Below, piece by piece: positions 48,589-59,337 of a stretch of DNA of 64,000 nt. The translations under genes were made by a program, and so were the position numbers. The stretch lies in the NCBI GenBank assembly GCA_018238155.1, contig JABCTZ010000037.1, positions 1 to 64,000 on the forward strand, given 5' to 3'. Within the stretch, counting starts at the first letter, position 1; every line of letters starts with the position of its first letter. The notes beneath the pieces were generated by a model. The model was not told the DNA's origin. It saw only the letters and a list, made by a program, of their open reading frames with translations, and ran no database searches. Source of the stretch: Candidatus Heimdallarchaeota archaeon. GTDB lineage: Archaea > Asgardarchaeota > Heimdallarchaeia > JABLTI01.

Positions 48589-50001
48589 TTGGCAGACAAA
48601 ACAACAAGACCTATTGGAAAAATAAGCAGAAAATACACCTTCATAATTTTAGCTGTTTTGTCAGGAGTGATAGGGTCTATTTGGGTTGCTATAGATACAT
48701 ATGCCAGTTCAGCCATTGTTCTCTCAATTGATGGAACATCAAATGAATACGTATTTGCTATTCAATCAATGCTAATTGGTGTTGTAGTAAGTTTTCTATT
48801 CGCTTTAGTTTTATGGATACCCATTAGCAAAAAGCCATGGGAAAATCTTTTTCAGAAATTTAAAACAAAAAAAAGCCAAGCTGTTAGTAATAAAAGCACT
48901 CAAACAACACAAAGAGTAATTCAAATACAACAAAATATTAAACCAACAGTAAAACGTCAATTTTCATTTTTAGGACAATTCATTGACCCTCAATATCAAG
49001 GAATTAAAATACCAACGAAGAAAATGTTTCTTTGGATAAGTCTTTCTGGACTTTTTTCAGGAGTGAATACTTTTGTTTATTTCATTCTCATAAAAGATAT
49101 GGATTTAGCGGTCTTTCTTCCTGCAGCACAATTCGTAGTTGTTTATCTTTTAATAGGTGACTTAGTAATAGACAAAACAATGCCTTGTATTATAGAAATC
49201 CAATCTATAATCATGATAGTTTTAGGTGTCATTCTCGCCGGAATAGATTTTACAAGCGGAGCCTTTGAATGGAAAAGTCTTCTTTTAGTATTTTTGGTTT
49301 TAAATGTTAGCGCAGCAATCTATGTCATCTTTCAGAAAAAAGTGATAGAAACGAAAGACGCAAAAGGTCGTACCTTAGATTCCACAAATACTCGATTGTG
49401 GACTTTGTTTTTTATGACATTCTTCACAGTAGTTCTCGCATTACCTTTTATGAAACAAGCGGATTGGGTTGTTTTTAGAACCACTCTCAAACCGGCATTA
49501 TTTCCAATTGCATTATCAATGATTTTGGTGTATATCGCTAGAATCCTCTATGTTCGAGCTCTTTCCATGGGAAAAATGGCTATTGTTAACTCCCTTTCGT
49601 CTGTTTCAGTTATTGTTGGAATACCAATAACAATAATTGGAAACTTAATTTGGCCCGACCATTTCCTATTACCAACCGGTGAATATGCATGGGCAGTCTG
49701 GTTACTCAGAGGAATTGGTGCCATTCTTGTCTTTACAGGTATAGTAGGATTATCTATGAGCGAGGTTAAGATAATTATCCTAGCAAAAGTGAAAGGAGGT
49801 ATGGAATGGGATGGAGAAAAAATAAAAGGTATTTCAGGTGTAGAAAAAGTTGCGGCAATAACAGGAAAATATGATCTATTGATTGTCCTTCGCTTGAGAA
49901 CAATTGGGCGAGGATATCAACCAATAGTTAAACAATTAGAAAAACTTCCATTCATTGCAGATATTAAATCTAATACTCTGCTTAAGGAATGGAATGCATA
50001 G
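48589..50001 (+). CDS. EamA/DMT-like transporter fused to a C-terminal Lrp/AsnC RAM domain
   Basis: About 10 TM in two halves. C-terminus 'GVEKVAAITGKYDLLIVL' is a RAM motif. Confidence 0.8.
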   Translation: MADKTTRPIGKISRKYTFIILAVLSGVIGSIWVAIDTYASSAIVLSIDGTSNEYVFAIQSMLIGVVVSFLFALVLWIPISKKPWENLFQKFKTKKSQAVSNKSTQTTQRVIQIQQNIKPTVKRQFSFLGQFIDPQYQGIKIPTKKMFLWISLSGLFSGVNTFVYFILIKDMDLAVFLPAAQFVVVYLLIGDLVIDKTMPCIIEIQSIIMIVLGVILAGIDFTSGAFEWKSLLLVFLVLNVSAAIYVIFQKKVIETKDAKGRTLDSTNTRLWTLFFMTFFTVVLALPFMKQADWVVFRTTLKPALFPIALSMILVYIARILYVRALSMGKMAIVNSLSSVSVIVGIPITIIGNLIWPDHFLLPTGEYAWAVWLLRGIGAILVFTGIVGLSMSEVKIIILAKVKGGMEWDGEKIKGISGVEKVAAITGKYDLLIVLRLRTIGRGYQPIVKQLEKLPFIADIKSNTLLKEWNA

Positions 50002-50012
50002 TTTTCTACTGA

Positions 50013-53000
50013 TCATCCAGTGTAGCGTAATGCTTCACTCGGAGGTATTTTTGATGCCCTTCTTGCAGGTAGAACGGCTGAAATTATCGACAAGAGCACT
50101 GTTAAACCAATGAATATTCCAAGTGTTCCCCATGGAATTATGAAATTGAAATCATACTGTAAGAGGTATTGAGAATGCATGCCATAACCAAGTAAGAAAC
50201 CATTAATAATTCCAATAATGAGACCTACTAATGCTACAGCAAAAATTTCAATGACTACTGCAGTAATAACTTCACCTCGTTGAAATCCGAGAGCACGCAT
50301 CATACCAATTTCTCTGGTTCTTTCAGAAATCCCGCGCAAGGATACAACAATTAATCCTAATACACCTACCACTAACCCTAAGGAAACAAATGCTTGCATG
50401 AAATTTATTGATTGTGAAACAAGTTCTAACAAGACTTCAATACGATGTCTTAAACTGATTGTATCAAAATAAATCAATTGTTCTTCTATTTTGTGACTTA
50501 TTTCTACTATTTGATCAGTATTTAGTTTTGAATCAACGGATATGAGAAAGGCGGTATCTTTGTAACCTATTGAAGCAAATATCGGAGAATCCTCACTTGT
50601 GAATAAGAAAGCAGAAAAGTGCATTGAATAAGAAGTTGTCTCTACAAAAGCGGCAATAGTATAATTCGAGAGAGTGATAACAGTATGAGTTTCATTTGAT
50701 AATGCAAAATCAATTTGGGGTATAGTTATTTTATCACCAACAGTTTGATTGACAGAATATACTCCACTCGCATCATCATAACTAAATTCCCTTAGAAGAC
50801 CAGGAAGTATAACATAATTGTTTGAAACATTCATAGTTTCAATCCATGGGTCATCTTCAAGTTCATCCCAGACTTCAACAAAATTATATTCGGTCATATC
50901 AAGAAATTCTTGATTAATACCCCACATGTTTGTAGGAACAGGAACAGCTTGCTCAAACACACCAGTAGCATTTTCCGTAGTGAATTTGATATATGTAATC
51001 GCCCCTGCAAGTGAATACAGAAATCTCATTCCTACTACATTTTCAATATTTTCATCTGAAGATTTTATTTTATCAATAGAATCAAGAGGATCATAAGTTG
51101 GAAATGGTAAATAAGCGATGATATCTACTCCACCTTCTTCGTTTTCAGCAAAATCAGCAAAACCTAATGTAAAGCTTCCTGTAAACACAGCAAGAAAAAC
51201 ATTCATAGTGAGAATAACACCAAATATAGCAAATGTCAATGCTGAGCGAGTTTTCTTTTTGCCAATATAGCGCATTGAGATGATACCCAATGAACGTGTT
51301 TTTTTGAATTTTTGAAAAATATCATTAAACCTATCCGATAACCACTCCAAGTTAAGAGCAACAAAGATAATTGTACCAAAAACTAATCCCAGCATTCCAA
51401 TTAAAAATGTATATAATGCTTGATCGTCTTGAACACCAATATCACTTAAATATGGATTTAGTACAAGAACCGACAGCAAACCAGCAAACATCCATGAAAC
51501 TGCAAATCCATTAAAAGCTAATCGTGGGTTTATAAAACGGGCGAGTGTAAATCCTATCCCCATCAAAATTCCTAGACTGCTCCCGACAAACATCATCCAT
51601 CGCCAATCTGGAATTATAAGTAAAGAAATTGTGAATGTTGTAATGCCAGCAATTAAAAGAATAACTCCTGAATAAATTGACCAATCACCACTTCGTTTAT
51701 TCACTTTCGCAGATTGAATTTCATTTATCGTATCAACAATATCAATACGTGAAGCTTTCCAAGCAGGATAGAGAGCGGCAAGTGAAGATATTACTATGCC
51801 AATAGCAAACGAAATTATCAAACCAATTGGATTAACTATTAATGGAATGTTAGTTAGTACTTGGCCTATGTTCAAGAAATTTTCGAGCAAAAAGATAATC
51901 ATTAAACCATTCAGCAACCCACCACCAACACCAAATAACGACCCAACTCCTCCCAATACTACACTTTCAGTAATTAACGTGGTCAGAAGTTGTCTTTGAG
52001 TCATACCAATAGCTCGTAAGATGCCAATTGAACGTTGTCTTTCATCAATGTTCATCATAGTAATATTGAGAATAAGTAAAATACCTGAAATGATTATCAA
52101 TGAGCCAAAAACATACAAAACTATCCGAAATGAATTAATAGAATCTGTAACATCCCTGAAGGCTTCAAATTTTTGCGGATCAATATCATATCTACCTCCA
52201 TCTTCTGTTCCCAAATCAGCAATTAATTTATCTTCCAACATTTTAGTTACATTTAGAGCATTATCATTACCTTGAGTTGTGCTCACGACAATATTGTTTA
52301 TTTTTGAAGTAGAGACATTGAAAATATCTTGTGCGAGATCTAATTTAACAAAGATAGCATTACCTGCATCAAGAACTCCTTTACCAGAAATAGATACAAC
52401 ACCTTTTATATTCAATTGATAAAAGGAATAATTTCCTTGAGCATTGAGGTAAAGAATTTGGATTGGCATTAATTTAGGCAACTCTTTGATTTCCTTTAGA
52501 CCTGAATCATCTGTTTTAAAATCAATTAAAGACTCAGCCAAATTATTTCCAATTAAACATTCTTTATCAACTAAATCGCTGAAATTGTAATTATTATTTC
52601 CATATTGGTTATCTAGAACAAAGTCACCGAATTCTTTATCGAGATCTTCATCTACGCCTAGAAGTGTAACTATTGGTTCAAGTTGATCTGTAACATTAGA
52701 ATTTGCTCCAACTACATTAGTTATTCTTGGTGCAATACCATCGATATATTGGCCAATAGTTGGATCATTCTTAAGATTCTCATAGACGGAGTAATTGAAA
52801 AACTCGGGTTGAAATTCTCCTTTTTGAATTACAATATCAGCATTACCATATCTTAAACTAACAGTTTCTTGCATTGCATTAACTAACGAATCTGTAGCAA
52901 CTTGTACACCAGCTAAAAGTGACACACCGATTAGTATCCCCAATGTGTTTATTATATTCTTTAATTTCCTTCTGCTGATTCCTCTTAAAGCATGTTTTAT

Positions 53001-53024
53001 GGCAAATAGCAACTGGTATCTCAC
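50013..53024 (-). CDS. FtsX/MacB-like ABC transporter permease (duplicated domains)
   Basis: 'ERQRSIGILRAIGMT', 'ERTREIGMMRALGF', 'PARRASKIPPSEALRY'. Confidence 0.92.
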   Translation of the reverse strand: MRYQLLFAIKHALRGISRRKLKNIINTLGILIGVSLLAGVQVATDSLVNAMQETVSLRYGNADIVIQKGEFQPEFFNYSVYENLKNDPTIGQYIDGIAPRITNVVGANSNVTDQLEPIVTLLGVDEDLDKEFGDFVLDNQYGNNNYNFSDLVDKECLIGNNLAESLIDFKTDDSGLKEIKELPKLMPIQILYLNAQGNYSFYQLNIKGVVSISGKGVLDAGNAIFVKLDLAQDIFNVSTSKINNIVVSTTQGNDNALNVTKMLEDKLIADLGTEDGGRYDIDPQKFEAFRDVTDSINSFRIVLYVFGSLIIISGILLILNITMMNIDERQRSIGILRAIGMTQRQLLTTLITESVVLGGVGSLFGVGGGLLNGLMIIFLLENFLNIGQVLTNIPLIVNPIGLIISFAIGIVISSLAALYPAWKASRIDIVDTINEIQSAKVNKRSGDWSIYSGVILLIAGITTFTISLLIIPDWRWMMFVGSSLGILMGIGFTLARFINPRLAFNGFAVSWMFAGLLSVLVLNPYLSDIGVQDDQALYTFLIGMLGLVFGTIIFVALNLEWLSDRFNDIFQKFKKTRSLGIISMRYIGKKKTRSALTFAIFGVILTMNVFLAVFTGSFTLGFADFAENEEGGVDIIAYLPFPTYDPLDSIDKIKSSDENIENVVGMRFLYSLAGAITYIKFTTENATGVFEQAVPVPTNMWGINQEFLDMTEYNFVEVWDELEDDPWIETMNVSNNYVILPGLLREFSYDDASGVYSVNQTVGDKITIPQIDFALSNETHTVITLSNYTIAAFVETTSYSMHFSAFLFTSEDSPIFASIGYKDTAFLISVDSKLNTDQIVEISHKIEEQLIYFDTISLRHRIEVLLELVSQSINFMQAFVSLGLVVGVLGLIVVSLRGISERTREIGMMRALGFQRGEVITAVVIEIFAVALVGLIIGIINGFLLGYGMHSQYLLQYDFNFIIPWGTLGIFIGLTVLLSIISAVLPARRASKIPPSEALRYTG

Positions 53025-53295
53025 CCCAATGTTTCATTCAAACGATTATTATTGTAAATTGTTAAACATTGATATTCTAATTGATAAGATAATATTTTTT
53101 ATTAATTTTAAATGAAATGTTTATTATATATTACGTGTTTCCAAAAACGGTTTATCTACATTAACTTTTTGAAAGGGAATGAAATAAATGTTACAACCTC
53201 AAAAGATTTATTCACTAAAAATCCAATATAAGTAAGATTTTCAAAGCAAGAAATGTTTTATAAAATAAAAAATAAATAATTGCAGGTGCGAAATA

Positions 53296-54861
53296 ATGAG
53301 TCACTCGGAAGAGAAAGAAGCAGAAATAGTAAAATTCCCAGGAATTGCTAGTATATCTTTATCAATCACACCTATAGGTGAGTTTGAAAATTTCGATATG
53401 TTGGAAGCAGTTATCCGGGTCTATGATGAAAATGAAGAACAAATAATGAGGCAAAAAGCAAGATCACTACAGATTATTGCTAAAAATCTCAAACTGTTCA
53501 TTCAGAACAGAACCGATTTACCAATAAATGATCGAAGGATGTCAACTTGGTTTTCTGATTACTTAACAAAAATGGGTATTAAATTAGATGAAGAAGAATC
53601 CTATCAAATCATCAAAAAGGCTTCACAAGCTCTTGAAAGAGTATCTAAGGTTAATATAGAATTAGTTGAACCTTCAGATTTAGTGTCAATTGAAACTGAT
53701 GTCTTAGCTAATCTAATTGATTTAAAATCGGATCATTTAATGTCAGAAGACGAACTTAATGATCTATTAGAAAAACATCAAACACCAGTTACTAACAAAG
53801 TTGTTCGAACAATGACCTATATCAATAACGGAGGAGTTGAACACAAAGATACTCTTAATCTTGAAATTGTTCCTTCTGAACAAATTTTAGAACACACATT
53901 AGTAGCTTCTTTCAAAAATGAAACTGAAAAGGAATTAACAAAAGTTGTGATTTCAGATATTATACCTTTTGCTTACAAAATCCTTGATGTAACAAGTAAA
54001 GTAGGTGGAAAATATAAAAAGGAATTATTACCAAAAGGTTTGAAAATTATTTGGAAGGTAAGTTCGGTTGCGCCTGGTAAGGAAGTAAAAGTGTTCTATA
54101 AATTTGAACGAAGAATTCCTAGAACAATTTACATACGAAAGAATGAGGAAATTCGAATCGTACAAGATTACAATGCAATTGTCATTGAAAAACCAGAGGG
54201 TGAGCCAATAAAGAGGCACTTCATCTCAGAAGTTATTAATCTATTACCTGTGACATTGGATGAACTTGTTATTAGAGATTTAATTCCAACAGAAATGCAA
54301 GTAACAGAAAAAAGCATTACTGATGAAACGAAATTAATTGATTTCGGACAAAATTATGGAATAAACATTCAAGTTTCTGAAACAAATGTTGAAACTGGAA
54401 CCAAACATTTGAAGAAATATGAAATCATCCATGCTCCATTAATTTGGAAATTTAGCCTTATTTTACCTGTAAGTGATGAAGATTCGCGAGAAATTGCGGT
54501 AACAAAAATCCTTGAGCAAACACACAAAGAAGATACTTACATTTGTACAATTGTTGCATCAACTCCTGAACCTTGCAAAGTAATCTGTCAAGTAGAGGAT
54601 GGCTTAAAAGCAACTGAGTTCATGCCATCTGAACTTGCTCCGAATGCTTCGGGAAACACACTCACTTGGGAAATTGAGGAAAAATTAACCGTTTCATTGA
54701 TGCTTAAAGGAAAACTATCCAAACGTCCTCAACCACCTAAAGCAAAAATTGGCACCAAAGATTACGAAATCCCTGAAAGTAGCATTGTGATAGAAAGAAA
54801 GAGTAAGATAGTATCTATACCTTTCAGTCATGTTGCTCTTTACAGAAAAGCTTCAAGATAG
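53296..54861 (+). CDS. Hypothetical cytoplasmic protein with repeated Ig-like (DUF11-like) beta-sandwiches
   Basis: Repeated 'N....L..VVI.D.IP' and 'W.(V/I)' patterns. No signal peptide or TM. Confidence 0.6.
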   Translation: MSHSEEKEAEIVKFPGIASISLSITPIGEFENFDMLEAVIRVYDENEEQIMRQKARSLQIIAKNLKLFIQNRTDLPINDRRMSTWFSDYLTKMGIKLDEEESYQIIKKASQALERVSKVNIELVEPSDLVSIETDVLANLIDLKSDHLMSEDELNDLLEKHQTPVTNKVVRTMTYINNGGVEHKDTLNLEIVPSEQILEHTLVASFKNETEKELTKVVISDIIPFAYKILDVTSKVGGKYKKELLPKGLKIIWKVSSVAPGKEVKVFYKFERRIPRTIYIRKNEEIRIVQDYNAIVIEKPEGEPIKRHFISEVINLLPVTLDELVIRDLIPTEMQVTEKSITDETKLIDFGQNYGINIQVSETNVETGTKHLKKYEIIHAPLIWKFSLILPVSDEDSREIAVTKILEQTHKEDTYICTIVASTPEPCKVICQVEDGLKATEFMPSELAPNASGNTLTWEIEEKLTVSLMLKGKLSKRPQPPKAKIGTKDYEIPESSIVIERKSKIVSIPFSHVALYRKASR

Positions 54862-54893
54862 ACGTAAAGTAAAAGAAAATTGGAAAATAGTTA

Positions 54894-55754
54894 CTATTTT
54901 CCTTTTCTTACTTCATTGAATTTTTTATTATATTCTTCCGCTGATGCTTGTAAATCAGAGGAATAAAGAATAGCGCGTCCGACGTTCAACATAACATTTT
55001 CGCCCCCATATTGGATAATTTTCTTTAAATCACCTTGTTGTTTTCCAATACCAGGAACTAACATTACAACTTCATTTCCAGCTAATCTCCGAATGATTTG
55101 GATATCTTCTGTAGTAACATGTCCAGTTGCACCAACAACCATCCCATCACCATTATTTATCTTAAGCTTCTCAGCGATAAATTCGTAGCCTTTTTTATTA
55201 TCAATAATACCCTCTTTCATAAAATGAATTGCATCAGGATTGGACATTAAAGTAAGTGTAATTAATCCTAAGCCTGCATTATGCGCACTCTCGAGACTAT
55301 TAGCAATATTTCCTGCAAAAGGAGAGAATGTTACTGCATCAAAACCCATTTCTTTCATCCAATAGAAACCAGAATCATTTGAAGAGCCAATATCACCTAT
55401 TTTCTGATCGAGAATAGAAACCAAACCTTGTTCATGGATCTTTTTATTCATTTTTTTGTAAGCTTCAATTCCCATATGAAAGATATACTGATTATTAGGT
55501 TTGATAGCACAACAGAAATCTTGAACACTCTCTAGAAAGTCATCAAAGAATGATAGGATTGCATCTTCATTAGATCGTCCATCTACAAAATAACCTTCTT
55601 TCATAACGTTTTTTTCTCTTTGGTGAGGGATTGCAGGGTCAAAACCGGCGCAAAGAATGGAGTCCTTTTCATCACGAGCTTTTTGATATTTCTTTAAAAA
55701 GTCCTTATCATAAGCAGTCATTATTATTTCAACCTTCTTTCTAAATTGTTTCAC
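54894..55754 (-). CDS. pyrF: Orotidine-5'-phosphate decarboxylase
   Basis: 'LCAGFDP', 'AIKPN', DxKxxD 'DQKIGDIGSS', 'VGAT', 'VPGIGKQQGD', 'GRAILY'. Confidence 0.94.
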   Translation of the reverse strand: MKQFRKKVEIIMTAYDKDFLKKYQKARDEKDSILCAGFDPAIPHQREKNVMKEGYFVDGRSNEDAILSFFDDFLESVQDFCCAIKPNNQYIFHMGIEAYKKMNKKIHEQGLVSILDQKIGDIGSSNDSGFYWMKEMGFDAVTFSPFAGNIANSLESAHNAGLGLITLTLMSNPDAIHFMKEGIIDNKKGYEFIAEKLKINNGDGMVVGATGHVTTEDIQIIRRLAGNEVVMLVPGIGKQQGDLKKIIQYGGENVMLNVGRAILYSSDLQASAEEYNKKFNEVRKGK

Positions 55755-55845
55755 AACTAGAATATTACTTTTGCTGAAAAAACAACATTATTAATTTAAA
55801 ATTAAAGAATAAACCTTATTTGTAATGGACATTAGTCAATAACTA

Positions 55846-56076
55846 GTGAATAACCCAATGAAAGTTCGTACTATCGGTTTTGCAGAGAAAATGTTTGGAT
55901 TCAAAGAAAAAGAGATTATCTTTGAAGGAACCAAGTTACTAAGTGAAGTTCTAGATTTTACTGAAATCCCACTGAATCTTATTGCAATTATAATAAATGA
56001 AAAAGCAGCAACCAAAGACCATGAAGTAAAAAATGAGGATAAAATAATAATAACCCAAATAGTTGCTGGTGGGTAA
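55846..56076 (+). CDS. MoaD/ThiS/SAMP-like ubiquitin-fold protein
   Basis: About 72-76 aa, 'IAIIINE', C-terminal 'IVAGG*'. Confidence 0.85.
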   Translation: MNNPMKVRTIGFAEKMFGFKEKEIIFEGTKLLSEVLDFTEIPLNLIAIIINEKAATKDHEVKNEDKIIITQIVAGG

Positions 56077-56261
56077 AATTAATTCAACATTGAATCAATA
56101 AAGAGCCCAAATTTACTACCAGTGTAATCATTCACTTAACTGAAAAGTTCGACAGTGTAACAGTAGAAAAAATTGCTCTGAAGCAGCAGAATATCTTGGA
56201 TTAATTATTGAGAAAGAAAAAATAGCAGCCTTACATTGACTGCTTTCTTTTATTTAATCAT

Positions 56262-57125
56262 TTATTTTATTATATCAAGAGACAAATCTATTGATTTGAA
56301 AGAATGAGTTAGAGCACCGGAAGAAATAATATCTGCACCCAATTTTGCGTACTGAACAATATTCTCTTTATTAATTCCACCACTTAATTCCAATATCACT
56401 CTATTACGTAGCTTGTTTTTCTCTAAAATCTCAATGGCTTTTGCAACTTCCTTTGGACTCATATTATCCAACATAATAATATCTGCGCCTGCTTTTGCTG
56501 CTTCAAGCATTGTATCATAGTCTTCTACTTCTACTTCGATTTTCTTTGAAAAACTTAGATGTTTCTTCAATTGTTCAATCGCAGTTGTAATTGATGTAAA
56601 TAAAACCCGGTGATTATCTTTGAGAAGAACCATATCATCTAATCGCAACCGATGAGTATCTCCACCACCACAAGTAACGGCATATTTCTCAAAGAGACGC
56701 ATACCAGGAGTGGTTTTTCGTGTCGCAGCAATTACCGTTTTAGAATCTTTAGGGACTTGCTGAACAAATGAGGCTGTTTTTGTTGCGATACCGCACATCC
56801 TTGCTAAGAGATTGAGAGCCAGCCTTTCTCTAAGTAGAATATTTTTCATTGAACCATAAATGAGTGCAATGTCTTGATTTTTTACCAATCTATCTCCATC
56901 ATTTGCTTTTAGGATAACTTCACATCCTAAAGATTGGAATATATCAGAAATTAATACTGCGCCGGAAAGAACACAATCTTCTCGAGTGAAAAGTCGTGCT
57001 TGTGCTTGTTTTTCATCAGGGATTAGAATTTCAGAAGTGATATCACCATATCCCTCATCTTCTATTATGAAACTTTTCAGCAATTCACCTGCAAGTGTTT
57101 TTGGAAAAGGATAGATTCTCTTCAT
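56262..57125 (-). CDS. nadC: Quinolinate phosphoribosyltransferase
   Basis: 'ED.GYGDITS', 'TRKTTPG', 'HRLRLDD..LLKDNH', 'EVEV', 'MLDN', 'SGG'. Confidence 0.96.
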   Translation of the reverse strand: MKRIYPFPKTLAGELLKSFIIEDEGYGDITSEILIPDEKQAQARLFTREDCVLSGAVLISDIFQSLGCEVILKANDGDRLVKNQDIALIYGSMKNILLRERLALNLLARMCGIATKTASFVQQVPKDSKTVIAATRKTTPGMRLFEKYAVTCGGGDTHRLRLDDMVLLKDNHRVLFTSITTAIEQLKKHLSFSKKIEVEVEDYDTMLEAAKAGADIIMLDNMSPKEVAKAIEILEKNKLRNRVILELSGGINKENIVQYAKLGADIISSGALTHSFKSIDLSLDIIK

Positions 57126-58078
57126 GTCAATTCAAACATCCTTAATATTGCTTTTTCCGCTTTTTCATTGATTTCTTTTGGTATGATAATTTCATGTTGT
57201 TCATATAAAAGGGAATCTCGAACAAGTTCCAATGTATTCTTTTTCATATTTTTACATATTGCAGTATCTTTTGCTAGAATAAAATTCTTTTCGGGATGAT
57301 CATGATTTAACCGATCTACCAAACCCTTTTCTGTTGCAACAATGATATTTTTTGCTTCTGTTTCTTTTCCAAAGAAAATCATTGCTGCTGTAGAACCAAT
57401 AAAATCAGCAATGTCTTGTACTTCAGGATTACATTCCGGATGAGCAATAACAACTGCATCTTGAAACTCTTTTTTCAGAGCAGAAATAGTTTGAACATCA
57501 AATCTTCGATGAACATAACAATGACCATTACGAGGTATTGGTAATATTTCAACTTCAGGTAATGTTTTCTGCACATAAAATCCTAGATTTTTATCAGGAC
57601 CGAAGAAGACTTTCTTCACTCCGAGATTTTTTACTACAGTAGCAGCATTGCTACTTGTACAGGTTGTATCTGCAGCAGCTTTTGTTTCAGCTGTTGTATT
57701 CACATAAACAACAACTGGTATATCCTCACCATATTCTTTGCGAGCCTTTTCAATTAGCTCTGCACTGCATTGGTCAGCCATTGGGCATCCGGCATCAGGA
57801 TTTGGAATGAGAACTTTCATTTTAGGGTTCAGAATTTTTGCTGTTTCAGCCATGAAATGTACCCCCGCAAAAACAATCATTTTAACGTTTTTTGCATCAC
57901 GCGCAGCTTTACTCAGTCCTAATGAGTCCCCAACAAGATCAGCAACTTCTTGAATTTCTAATTCTTGATAATAGTGTGCTAAAATAAAAGCATTTTTTTC
58001 CTTCTTAAGTTTTTGAATCTCCTCTTGGAGGTGGGCAATTTCTTCTGGTGTTTTTTTAACTGGTACTTTAGAAGCCAT
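57122..58078 (-). CDS. nadA: Quinolinate synthase A
   Basis: 'LAHYYQ', 'GDSL', 'GVHFMAE', 'AGCPMA', 'CYVH', 'AHPEC', 'CKNMKK'. Confidence 0.96.
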   Translation of the reverse strand: MASKVPVKKTPEEIAHLQEEIQKLKKEKNAFILAHYYQELEIQEVADLVGDSLGLSKAARDAKNVKMIVFAGVHFMAETAKILNPKMKVLIPNPDAGCPMADQCSAELIEKARKEYGEDIPVVVYVNTTAETKAAADTTCTSSNAATVVKNLGVKKVFFGPDKNLGFYVQKTLPEVEILPIPRNGHCYVHRRFDVQTISALKKEFQDAVVIAHPECNPEVQDIADFIGSTAAMIFFGKETEAKNIIVATEKGLVDRLNHDHPEKNFILAKDTAICKNMKKNTLELVRDSLLYEQHEIIIPKEINEKAEKAILRMFELT

Positions 58079-58191
58079 AGAAAACCAAACGACCTTTGAA
58101 TCATTTATAATAGAAGTTCTTTTCTTCTATACAATTAAAACCTTCGCTTAGCTATCTTAGCTTAAAGATTAGTTTAAAAAAATAAATGATT

Positions 58192-58228
58192 CAAGAGCAT
58201 TTAGGAGAAAAAATTCAAAGTGCTCTTG
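58192..58228. terminator. Inverted repeat downstream of the zinc-ribbon/coiled-coil gene
   Basis: caagagcattt ... aagtgctcttg. Confidence 0.35.
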
Positions 58229-58239
58229 TCTAGATAAGG

Positions 58240-59028
58240 TCATACTCGAGACATTCGGGCAAGCACTTCATCAACTGCGCCAATTAACCCTTCAATATTT
58301 CGTGCATCTAACTCTTTTACTCGTTCGCGATATTCTTCTTCAGTTAATTCACCAACTTGATGACGAGCAAATAATTCTTCTTTCTTGGCTATTGTTTCCT
58401 CCTTATCATAAAGGAGATTATCACGATATTGTTTGAGTTTTGCTTCTTCTTCATCAACTTTAGCTTCTGTAGCTTCTTCTTTATCCTTGTATTCGCGCTT
58501 TAACCGATCGTAAGTTGAATCTTGAATGCGACCTTCTTTGTAAATATCTTCTAATTTTTCTTGACGTTCACGCATTTCAATAACATCTTGTACAAGATTC
58601 AAAAGAGATGCCGAAGCCATTGCTTTTCGTTTCACATCTATTGATTTTTCATGTTTTTTAATTTCGGCTGCTATTTTCTTTAAATCAGCTTCATATTCTT
58701 TTTCAGTTATTGCTTCTTCAACTCTGAATTTAATCTCCAATGTGTCTTTATCTTTGTTTAGAGACTCAACCTTCTTCTGGATAGGAATAATTTTAGAAAG
58801 AGCTAGAAGTGATTCTTCTTCCTCTGGTGTTAATTCCACCTTTACTTTAGGAGGTTTCTTTGAGCTAGAACGTGGTTTAGTTTTTTCTTCAACTATCTCC
58901 ACCACAGGTTCTTCTTCTACATTTACTTGAGAAGTGGATTTTTCTTTTTCTAACTTTGTACCACAGGATCTACAAAAACGAGCACCGGGTATTGCTCTTG
59001 CACCACATTTAGAACAAAACTTTACCAT
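58240..59028 (-). CDS. Zinc-ribbon + CdvA-like/SHOCT-like coiled-coil protein
   Basis: 'FCSKCG...FCRSCG', then a long coiled coil with three motifs 'AITEKEY', 'GRIQDSTY', 'GELTEEEY'. Confidence 0.75.
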   Translation of the reverse strand: MVKFCSKCGARAIPGARFCRSCGTKLEKEKSTSQVNVEEEPVVEIVEEKTKPRSSSKKPPKVKVELTPEEEESLLALSKIIPIQKKVESLNKDKDTLEIKFRVEEAITEKEYEADLKKIAAEIKKHEKSIDVKRKAMASASLLNLVQDVIEMRERQEKLEDIYKEGRIQDSTYDRLKREYKDKEEATEAKVDEEEAKLKQYRDNLLYDKEETIAKKEELFARHQVGELTEEEYRERVKELDARNIEGLIGAVDEVLARMSRV

Positions 59029-59337
59029 TTTTTATCAGCTACCATATTATTAGTAATGTATAACGTCACAATCTGGTATTTATTAATATTTCAATATCAG
59101 AGATTAAAAACAATAAGCAGAGAGCTTTTTAATTAGATTATTGTTTTATGTTATATTTAACTAATATATATAATGAAAGCAATATAGATTTTGCCATTTG
59201 TTAACAAAAAACAAATTCCGCTATAACGTAATGCTAATATATGGTTTTCTGAAGCTACTAGTACTAGAACATTTGACGAAATAGATATTTCCGAAAGGAA
59301 AATTGAATGGAATCTAATTCAATAGAGAAGTGCGAAT

